Positions 53,679 to 64,000 of a stretch of DNA of 64,000 nt are shown piece after piece. This stretch comes from the human T2T-CHM13v2.0 reference genome, Homo sapiens. Below the pieces are notes generated by a model. The model worked only from the letters and a program-made list of their open reading frames with translations. It ran no database searches and was not told the origin of the DNA. Within the stretch, counting starts at the first letter, position 1. Each line of letters starts with the position of its first letter. The position numbers and the translations under genes were made by a program. Where the stretch lies: the NCBI RefSeq assembly GCF_009914755.1, contig NC_060931.1. The stretch is one strand, 5' to 3'.

Positions 53679-55016
53679 GTAAGACCAAACATTACTAAAC
53701 ACATGGGGAACCCACACCCTCACTTTTTTCTTTCCCAGTTTTGTGCCTATACCTGAGCAGAATGTGTTGGAAAATAATATGCTGAGAAAGCATGTATTAT
53801 TATTCTAGATTTTCCCCATGAAAAGAAGGACACACTTTGAACTTGCTGTCTAATTTTGTTTAAGTGCACTTGGTCTTCCATTTTAAAAAATATGTAAAAT
53901 AGGTATATATTAGATATGATCTCCCTTTGTAGCTGTATAAAAGAAAGCATGAATGAGTGCTCTATAGGAGATATGTTTATCATCATTCCGGGACTAACTG
54001 TGAAGCCGTGCTTATGTCTGTAGTACATTTGCCTCTGTTTCTTACCTCCAAAGGCCTCTACTCCTAGCCCCTCCCGTTTACCACCTCTAGACCTTTTGTC
54101 ATGTACAAAGGAAAGAAAACATTTATTAGGAAATGAGTTTTAGTTTCAAACACTTCTGACAGCTGGCAGGAGACCATTTGAGAAGCCCTGTGACATTTTA
54201 CTTTTGTCCTTCATCCCTGTGGCTGGTTGCCCCAAGGACATGCATGCTGCTCAGCAGTATTTCTGGCCATTGTCATCCCTCAAGGCTCTTACTCAGGGAG
54301 TCTTTTGTCACTGGGTAGTGTGGTAGTTGAGTGATTCCCAGACTTCCTGGGAAACAGAGCAAGAACTGAGCTACTTATTGCTGAACTGACTTGGATAGCT
54401 CAGCAGACTGCTTGGACTCAACCAAAATATATCCATTGTTTAAACGTGATTTCAGAGGCCTGCCTCACTCAGCAGTTTTTCCATAGCCTCTAGGACCCAT
54501 TTAGTTCTAGGAGTTTGGTAATTGTCAGGTTATTTTCTATAGTTAGAGGAGGAATGATTCTGGGCACATGTTATCTAATCTCGGCTTCAGATTTTGTCAT
54601 TGAGATCACTTCTCTTGCTCTTTGGCCCATAACATTGCCCTGATATGTGACATTTACCTCTAACACCGTGTCACATCCTGATGGATAGAGCATCTGTAGA
54701 ATGTCACACAGAATGTCAGCCGAGAAATCAGTCTGTCAGGCTGCTGTGGCTTTTGGATTCTTTCTTGTGGGCTTTTCCCAATAGACCCTGTTGAGGACCT
54801 CATTCTTAAGTACAAAGAATCCAGTGAAAATACTCACATCTTTGGTTTTTTAAGGCTCATTAATGGTCATTTAAAATACGTAGTTCGTGATTGGTGTTTT
54901 CTCATAAACCTCCTTACTTTCTTCTCTCCCTACCTATATTATCAGTAAGCAAGACAGTCCCAAAGAACTCATGATGAGAAATGTGATCATGATTTCTCAT
55001 GATCTTGGTTCTGTTT

Positions 55017-56044
55017 TGTTTTTTTTTTAATTTTTTTAATTTTACTTTTTGTGAGTATATAACAGATGTATGTATTTATGGGTTACATAAGATGTTTTGA
55101 TACAGGCATGCAATGCGTAATAATCACATTATGTAAAATGGGGTATCTGTCCTCTCAAGTATTTATCCTTCATGTTACAAACAATCTAGTTATACTCTTT
55201 TAGTTATTTTGAAATGTACAATTAAATTATTATTGACTATAGTGACCCTGCTGTGTAATCAAATACTAGGTCTTATTGATTCTTTCAAGCTATTTTTTTT
55301 TTTGTACCCATTATCCATCCCTACCTCTCCTCCACCTTCTCACTACCCCTCCCAGCCTTTGGTAACCTCTCTACTCTGTGTTTCCATGAGTTCAATTGTT
55401 TTGATTTTTAGATCTCACATATAAGTCAGAACATGCAGTGTTTTTTCTCTCTGTGCCTGGCTTATTTCACTTGGCATTATGACCTCCAGTTCCATCCATG
55501 TTGTTGCAAATGACAGGATCTCATTCTTTTTTAATGGCTGAATAGTACTCCATTGTGTATAAGTACCACAGTTTCTTTATCCGTTCATCTGTTGATGGAC
55601 ACTTAGGTTACTTCCAAGTTTTGGCTGTTATGAACAGGACTGTAGCAAACATGGGAGTACAGATATCTCTTCGATATACTAATTTCCCTTTTTTAGGCGG
55701 TATATACCCAGCAGTGTGATTGCTGGATCATATGGTAGCTCTATTTTTAGTTTCTTGAAGATCCTCCAAACTTTTCCCCGTAGTGGTTGTACTAATTTAT
55801 ATTCCCACCAGCAGTGTACGAGGGCTCCCTTTTCTCCACATCCTTGCCAGAATTTATTGCCTGTCTTTTGGATATAAGCCATTTTAACTGGGGTGAGATG
55901 ATACCTCATTGTAGTTTTGATATGCATTTCTCTGATGATCAGTGATGTTGAGCACCTTTTCACACGCCCATTTGCCCTTTTTATGTCTTCTTTTGAGAAA
56001 TGTCTATTCAAATATTTTGCCTATTATTTTAATTGGATTATTAG
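55017..56044 (-). mobile_element. 5'-truncated L1MA (L1MA2-like) with ORF2 C-terminal remnant
   Basis: ORF 55679-56011 ([10 protein letters not shown]...[15 protein letters not shown]...[14 protein letters not shown]) is the L1 ORF2 C-terminus. L1MA-type 3'UTR. TSD TCTTGGT(T/A)CTGTTT at 55003-55016 / 56045-56058. Confidence 0.92.
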
Positions 56045-56889
56045 TCTTGGTACTGTTTGATCATCCAGCTCCAGTAGGAAATGGAACAATTACTAAACTA
56101 TCCATGGGATTTGGGGGGTTGGTCCATGCTGGGCATATTCAGCCCAATCTGATGGTAACTTGAAGAACAGGTTATGCATTTCCAGAGTAGCAGGAGCCCT
56201 CAGCAATACAGTGGAATGTATAGTTATATTTTCCATGCAGGCTTCACACTGCCACCAGTGAATATGTTAATTCTGACAGGCAGGTAAGCATGGAAATAAT
56301 TTGCAGGGCTGCTCTGGAAAGTGAGGCCAGAATAAGCTCTCTTATTATGCTGTTAGAAATAGCCATGTTTTGCTATAATACTTAATGAGCATTCATAGAT
56401 AGTGAAATTTTTTAAGTTTTAGGTTTTAAAATGAAAACAGCCTTTTTAGTCTAGTGCTTATTTTGTGCAGAAGTAATGTAACAAGATGCTTGCTTGCTAA
56501 GGCAGTGAGCTGCCTAGAGATAATTGTGTTGAGCCATTGCTTTCAGACTGATGGTGAGAAAATTGGCTTCAGGGTCATTGCACTGTTGCAGGTTGAGTAA
56601 ACGGAGAGAATTAACCACTTCCCTTTGCCCATGAGGCATTGCCATAAGGAAATACAGGCCCCATAAAGAATGGGGAGAAATACTCAGCATGAACTGTGAG
56701 TGAATTTTTATTTGGAGCAGTCTTGTCAGTGAGCCCCAGGACTCTAAGCCTGGTGCCATCTTCTCGATGCTAACCCCCAGGAAAGTGAAGTCAGATTCAA
56801 GAAAGATCAGAATGCTTGCTAGATAGGAATGGTGGTTTTGTAGCCATTAAAAAAGATTTTCAGTGCAGAATCCCCATCCTCATGGTTTG

Positions 56890-56986
56890 GTGTTTTGTTT
56901 TGGTGGCTGTGGTTGTTTTGAGACAGGGCTTTGCTCTGTGTCCAGGCGGGAATGCAGTGGCACAATCATGACTCACTGCAGCCTCC
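56890..56986 (-). mobile_element. Short Alu right-arm 3' fragment
   Basis: TTTTTGAGACAGGGCTTTGCTCTGTGTCCAGGCGGGAATGCAGTGGCACAATCATGACTCACTGCAGCCTCC. Confidence 0.8.
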
Positions 56987-59900
56987 CTTTCTTGAAAATG
57001 GTAAAGTTGAACACTTTTCAAGACCACTTATGTCCTGACACTGGCTTATTTGAGTTTGCCTTTAGTTTGAAGCACCTCGTTCTCCTATGAACATTCCCCA
57101 TGTTCCCTTAGCATTCTTCTCACCTCTCTCACGTTACAGCGTGTCAGAGCTCTTTCACTGCTGCTTCTGCCCCTTATCTGGCCAGGTATTGAATATTATC
57201 TGAGTTTAGGGTTGTTTTTTCCTAGATAGATTAGCTGTATGTTTTCTAGGTGAACTCTGCTTTGTGATTTTATGCCCCTGTCAATGCATTTTCTCTACCT
57301 CCCAGCTTCGTGTCCTCTGCAGATCTCATTAGTGAGTTGTTTACTCCTTTTCTGGGCCCTGAATAAAACCCCTAAACAAGAATGGCTTTGGTGTTGACCC
57401 CAAGTCTCTCACTGCTTGAACTATCACTTAACTGTCTTTTGTTTATCATTCTTCAGCCACTTTTTAATCTTCAGCGATTGTGTACTGAACCAAGCCAGTT
57501 TGAATTAATTTCCCAAGCAAAATTTCTTAAGGTACTGTATTTAATGCTTTGGCAAAAGCCAAATTCATAACATCTGCCACATTCATATCAGTCATTCGTT
57601 CTGACACTCTTTAGGTAAATAATAGACAGGTCAGGTGGCAAGGCATCATTCTGCTCTGTTCCTCCCTACCAGGGTGTTGATTCCAACAGACTTCTTTGAC
57701 CCTGGTTATTGCTGGTGATATCGGCAGTGGTGCAGAGTGCTCTTCTGTTGACTTTGCTTTCCAGTGCACTGCTTGGCCATTAGTACTTTCAGAGAAACAT
57801 TGTAAGCTTTGGGGAAAGGGCAGCCCATTAAACTTGTCTGACTTAGGTCAGCACAGCTGCCTGCCTAGAAGTTGATGAGCTTTCTCAGGGCTCTGCAGCC
57901 CCTACTTCCTCTGCAAAGGGATATGATCTGCCAACCTTTCTCATATCATTTCATGGGCGCTCAGGGAGTGATGCGGTAGGCACTCATTGGGAGACTAGAT
58001 GAGACAGAGGGGGAAGAAGAATACCAATTTGCAGTTTGCCTGTTGCTTTCAAGCATATCCACCTGCCTGCATAGAAACAAACTCTACCACATCAGCAGCT
58101 CTGTTCAGTTCGCTGACCCTTCAGCGCTCCTTTACTCAGGTGCCTCTCTGCTTCTGGGAAACCCTCATAATGTCTTAAATACATGGCCCATCTAGAGGAA
58201 GTCACATCTTTTTTTGTTTAAAGGGTAAATAAACCTCACATTCCCAAAAGGCGGCCTTTCGGCCTTCTGGCCTTCCTTTCCAGCTCTGTTGTCTATCATC
58301 AGCTGACCCCTGCCTCATTACCTTATGTCCTAGCAAGATAAGGTTTTGGCATTTTCTCATATACTCTCAGGCCTTCTTTATCTCATAGACTTCGTTGAAA
58401 AGCCCTTGATGTTGTCCCACAGTTCTGAGAGTTCCAGTGTGTGTAGCCTCTGTTTTTTGTCCCCCCCTCCCCACCCCGAATTTAGGTGCAGCTGACCCAC
58501 AGTTCTCTGTGACACTCCTGAACTTGGTCTCCCTTTTTAGAAGCATCATATGGACTCCTTAGGGAGTGTGAAACATTATTTCTGTTCTGCATGTTCCTGT
58601 TTGATTCCCATATTGACTTTCCAGCATTTCCAGTTCCTCTTTTTGTTTTAGTGTTTCTCAGTTAGCTGGCCTGCTACATATGCCTAGTCTTGGCGAGCCT
58701 TCCAAACTTTAGGCAGAGCTTTTAACTTCTTCAGGGAATATTCCGTATATCCTTCTGCGGTATTTCCAAGATAGTGAGTCATTACCGGGACCCTTTTTAC
58801 TTTCTGAAGTGTCATAAAAATCTTTCATATGCTCTATTTTATGTATTTGGTGTAACACATCCAAGTTTTGATTTTGGAGAGGCCAGAATGTGAATTTCGT
58901 CATCATGCTAGATGTCTTCCAAGTGGAGCTTTTGTTGAGCATGTTATGGACACTGAATACAAGTTGGTAATGTTTAGAGTCCGATCAAAACGTGGCTGTG
59001 TGCTATGTTTTCTTTATACATGGGGGATATCATCTATGTACATCTTCTGATGCTACCAGTAGCTTTATTTTAAGAATTCCTAGAAATTGTTAGAATCTGG
59101 CTCTTTGCAGGAAAACACAGAAGTTATGTTAGTTCAGAAGTTGGGGCTTTATTCCTTTAAGGTATCTTTTAATTCTAAGATTTGCAATTTCAAGATCGGA
59201 TGTATATATTCAGAAAAGAAATTGATGCTCCAGCCTGACTGTAGGAAAGCAATTGTATTGAACAACCTAGTGTCTGAGCAGATTTAAATGAATTTAGATT
59301 CAGTCTGGTCATACATAATGAAGTTAGGGTTATCTCAGGAGAAGAGAAAAGGGCAGGCTCTCTCTTATCTTTTCATGTGTATTCTATTTCTTGCCTGGCA
59401 CACTGCAGATTTAGAAAACCATGGTGGTGTCATCCATCTTTGAGAGGCAAGTGTGAACCTGCCCTCATCTCAGCATCGCCTTGGCTACTCCTCTTCCTGG
59501 TCCCCTGAAGGACTCATTTTTCTGATTCAGCAAACCCTCTTTCTAAAAAACAAAAAACTAGCACTCCAGCCTTGCTGTGTTCTACATCTCCAATCTCCAA
59601 ACTCCAAACCCCATAAGCACCAGTCTCTTGCTTTTTTTAGTGAGATTGGCAGTGCCCTCATATTTTAGGCTTCTGTGTTTGAACCTGTAGGAAATCTGTG
59701 CTGGCATTTCTGTCACAGACTTTAGTCAAAAAGCTATAAACATATCAATAACTCTTTCTTTCTTAAACCAATATCCCTGGCTATTATTAAGAGGGATTCA
59801 GTATTAATTGCATATCTCTCTTGGTAACGCAGTTAATGGGGGCCACAGTGGGCTTTCTAAGTTCCATATGTTTGTAGCAGTGACTTGTAAATATATTTTG

Positions 59901-62083
59901 CAATTCCATTGAATGAAGAGCTTCCACTGGGAAGGAAATGCTCTTGGTCTTCCACCCTGGACTTAGCTAGAGGAGCTCTCCCTTTTTTCTGATTTATAGG
60001 GAAGTTTTTCCATAAAATTTCAATAAATGGAAAAAGTAATGTGTGCCTTAAAAAAAAAAAAAAGAAGAAAGAAACTGTTGACTGGTCCTTCATATCTGTG
60101 TCTTCAGTTTTACTAGCATTCACATACTGGTTATGAATGGAATGTGAAGAGTTACTTGCCAGTATTTTCTGTTGCTAAGTTAAAAGATAGAATTTTAGGA
60201 CTCTGAAATGGAAGAGGAGTATATTGGTTTGACACTATTGTGATTTGTTAAATGTTTTGATAAGAAAATTTCATTTCTATACCAGTCTGTTTAGACAGTT
60301 GGCATTGAATTTATGTGTTTTGAAACTTTAAAACTGATATATCCTATCACAGAGTGTAGATTAAATGGGTTAATCAGTTCTCCAAGAAAGCATATCTTTC
60401 CTCTGTCAGAAACAGTGGTCAAGGCTGGTCTGTGTTGCATGTGATGGCTTTGCATTCATTTCTTCTCTTTATTCCTTTTTTTTTTTTTTTCTTTTAAGTG
60501 TATCCTGGCTTCCAGGCATGGGCGATAATAGCGGTGAACAAAAAAGATAATAGACTCAACCCTTTACAAAGCATGCAATCTCAGAGGGACAGGCATTAAA
60601 TAATTTTATTAGTACTGCTGGATATTGCTGTTTTTCCTATTTCTTCTCTTTTCTTACCTGTTTTCTTAGCCCTCCCTCTTTCCTCCCTCTTTATTTTTGA
60701 CACTGCTTGCCTTACATCTTTTTTATGCCATCTCTCATTTCTATTAAATTGTCCTGTGAGAGTATATTCCTGAAATTCATCTTCTCTGTCCAGCCTCTGT
60801 TCTTATCTTCTCAACAGTTTAATGGTATGGCTTTTAAATAAACCATGATTTCTCACCTTCAATCTAATGACCTCAACAAGGGAAAATTCTTTTTGAATAA
60901 AAGTAGAACCTATTGAATATGGTGAAAAACAGAGCTCTTACTTGAAGTTTAATGGTAGATTCCTGTAACACCAGGGTACTGTTGGATTTTTAGCTCAAGC
61001 ATCATAGGAAGCGGTAGTTCGGTGCCTTACGACTGCCCTCTTCACCCTCTGCATTACATCATGCCAGTACAGGTTGAAAGCCAGCACAGAGGAGGAGACT
61101 GGCCTTTCTCTTAAATGTCCTAATGGCTTCCGTTCTTTTTTAACTTTGGAAATGCACACCCCACCCTACATTTTGGGGTTGCAGTTAAGTGTCACGATCA
61201 TGAGGTTGCTAACTGGATTCAGCACGTGTCATTATGTGTCTGTGGAGGGTTTCGCTGTTGGGGAGTAGGGAAGATAAGTTTTTGCAAGTGGATGTGATAA
61301 CAGGAAAATGCATTAAAAGAGCTGGTGTTGGGAAGTGATTTGACGATGCAGCTGAACGTGGGGAAATTTAGCTTTTCCCTTTCTTCAGAAAAGATGATGC
61401 ACTCAACATCCAAATAGCAGTAATCAATCTGCATTTAAGGCAGCACAAATGGCCACTTCTGGAGAGCTGTATGATGTCTCCATTTCCAAATAGTTTTCTC
61501 CTTCAGGATATTAAGAGGATCTGTTCACTCCCTCCATCCCATCCTTCTCTTCCCTCCCCACCCCTAGTTCCTTCTGACATAACTCATGCTGTGAGACTTT
61601 TCTTTATGATTCATGAGGGGCTGGGGTATAGCTGACGCCCTTTAGCTTTATCTCCTGTCTTGACTAGCAAGCCGTGGGTAGTCCTGCAGATCATGGGTGG
61701 ATGATTAACTGCTGGAAAGCAGTCCTCCTTGGCTCTGTTCTGTAATCATTAGTCTACACTGGTTGTATTCCTTCAGAGAGGACATTGTTCTAGGCTAAAC
61801 TTCCTACATGAATTAGCCATCAATGTGTCTTCCCCCACCCCCATCCGCCAAAATAGGTTCAGCTATGACCACTTATCTGTCCAGAGCCACTTGTCTATTT
61901 TCTTCCGTCTCACTCTCCTCTTGGCTAAGAGGCTCTTGCTTCTTTCACACAACCCAAAATATTTGATATGTTGGGAGGTTCTTGTACTGGGAATATAATT
62001 TCAATCCAAAATAAATTGTAACTATAAAGTGATAACACTTGACCCTTGACTTTCTTGAATGTCTTACAACTTGCTTCCCTAAA

Positions 62084-62218
62084 CCAGTGGCTCTCAGACC
62101 AGGCACATCACTATCGCTCGGAAACTTGTTAGAAATGTGAATTCTCAGCACCCTGCCCCCTGCAGTCTAACACATTCTTTAGGTGATTCTGATGCACACT
62201 AAAATTTGAGAAGCACTG
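62084..62218. mobile_element. MER5A-like hAT-Charlie fossil
   Basis: CCAGTGGCTCTCA...GAAACTTGTTAGAAATGTGAATTCTCAG...AGGTGATTCTGATGCACACTAAAATTTGAGAAGCACTG. Confidence 0.8.
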
Positions 62219-64000
62219 CCCTAATCAGTTCCTGATCATTGTAAAACAAATCAAAGTGTATGCCCTTTCATGGAAGATTGATCATTTAATCTTCATTGTA
62301 ATTGGAATTACAGTCGTGGTTATAAGTAACAGAGAACAAGGCATGGAATGGATGAGCTTTGGATTTCTATAGTATGTCCCAGCTCTTTATTCCCCTTGAC
62401 TCCTGTCTCTTTCCCCCTTCCTCAGACTCTGAGTTCATGGCTCCTTAATTCGATTCCTTCTGAATAGCCTCCACCAGCTCTTGGCTAATTTAATGTGAAA
62501 TCATCTCGAGTGTTACAGTGCTTGCTTGCTTTGGCTCATCTGCAGCGTCAGGTGGCTGAGTGGATTGGAGAGCTGAGTCTCTATTAGGCATATCCCTATC
62601 ATGCTTCTGCTCTAATCCTTAGAAGTCTCTCAGGAGGACTATAGTTCAAATAATTAATCACTGATACATCAATGCACAGAATTTTGTAGCTGATTGTGAA
62701 CGGGAAATCCGCTTCATAGCTTCTTTCATTTGCAGGATTCTTTACATCTAAATTTCTTGTAAACTTCCTTGTGCATTTCTGTTTTATCCTAAGCTGCTTC
62801 TGACTCTGCCTCCCGCCAGCACCCTCCAACTTTGGGCCCAGAAGTTGAGAAGAATTACTTCCCATTGCTCTTGCTTTTGCATCAAGGCCAGAGAGCCAAA
62901 TCTCTGGGCTATGGCAATGAATTTTTTCCAGTAAGTCAGAATAAATATAGCTCACATTGGAAAACCATTTTCCAAACTGAACATTGTCACAGAATTGTTG
63001 CTTTTCACTCAGTCAAAAGACACATTAAAGTTTTCTGTAACTGATGTGTTTGTGTTATGTAACAAGTATTTTATCAGGTATTTTGGGGGTAAAAACAAAA
63101 ACACAGGATCTAGTGGTGATTTCAGTGAACAAGTAAATAATTACAAATATAGTTACAAAAATGGAGAATATATGTGGGTAGTTGGGATTCATAGGGAAAG
63201 GAGCACCCAGATTGATGGGTTATCCACCAATAGAGTCCACAAGAGAAGGCATGTTCTGTTTGGTTTGCCTTGGTAAAGGGAGATGGAAAGCAAATGCCAA
63301 TTTCTTGCCCTATGACAGCAGTTCCTTATCCTAAGGAAGTAATTGGCAAGGTGCTTAGAAGTTATTCCTCATGGCATTATCTATAGTAGTAGAACTATTC
63401 ACATAAATATCTAGCAACAGGGGATTGATTAAAATTTTGAACCATACATCCATATATGATGGATTTCCTGTGCACCTATTAAAAGTGGTACTTAAACGGT
63501 GTTTTTTTTCTTGAAATAGGATTATGAGTCATTGTTTCCTGAAATTTTTTTCTGATGAACTTTGTAATCAGAACAGCAAAAACTATAAAATCAGTGTCAT
63601 TGAGGCAGTTTTGAGTAATCTACCTTCCTGAGGCCCTATCCTCTCAAGAAGACTTTAGACTGCTCATAACCACTACTACCCAGCTCTAATAATCCTTTGA
63701 TCCTAATCTGGGATAGTAGAGTTTGCAACTGTGTTCCCCTCATCTCTAGCATTGAGTTGGTTGTTCTCTGCCTTGGAGTTCATAATCCCTTTCCTCCCCC
63801 TTACCTGCCACTGTAGATCCATTGTCATACCCAGCACAATAGCATGTATCTTCATTCCTTCCTTATATTAGCTTTAGACGAGATGATGACCTAGAGTTCT
63901 TTGTTATTTGCTTCACTGCCTCATAATACCTACTGACTCATTAGTCCGCCCACCTCCCCTTGACTGTAGGACTCAATTTCCTCATTTCCAGTCTATGCAC

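Noticed and set aside
54974-55000. 9-bp hairpin ATGAGAAAT/ATTTCTCAT next to the L1MA TSD
   Set aside because: Short and AT-rich; compatible with chance in 64 kb.
55679-56011. 110-aa ORF as a functional gene
   Set aside because: C-terminal remnant of L1 ORF2 in a 1-kb 5'-truncated element.
53679-64000. Next SND1 exon, or the nested LRRC4 / MIR593 loci
   Set aside because: No sequence encoding the expected continuation (AIKNGKGLHSKKEVP...), no long leucine-rich-repeat ORF and no miR-593-like hairpin seen. They presumably lie outside the window.

Overview
AT-rich primate (very likely human) genomic DNA from inside the SND1 (Tudor-SN/p100) gene, transcribed on the + strand. Only two coding exons are present: 10007-10107 and 53568-53678. 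They encode consecutive parts of the third staphylococcal-nuclease domain and are probably exons 12 and 13 (numbering from memory). They join in frame across a 43,460-bp GT-AG intron. The rest is intronic: Alu elements of every age class (FAM, FLAM, AluJ, AluS, AluY), old L1/L2/MIR fragments, four solo ERV LTRs with readable target-site duplications (TSDs), and Tigger/MER DNA transposon fossils. A 5'-truncated processed pseudogene of CD2BP2 lies antisense at 23187-24136 and keeps an intact ATG-to-stop ORF for the GYF domain. Nearly all other ORFs in the track are spurious or repeat-derived. The most notable unexplained structures are a near-perfect 60-nt hairpin (37256-37315), a perfect 33-bp inverted repeat pair 2.7 kb apart (47983-48015 / 50747-50779), an AP-1-bearing LTR10 solo LTR, a candidate Alu-derived poison exon, and a duplicated UGUA+AAUAAA unit. 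I see no evidence for a complete novel multi-gene system; the findings are hypotheses. Repeat subfamily names come from recalled consensus sequences and need RepeatMasker/Dfam confirmation.
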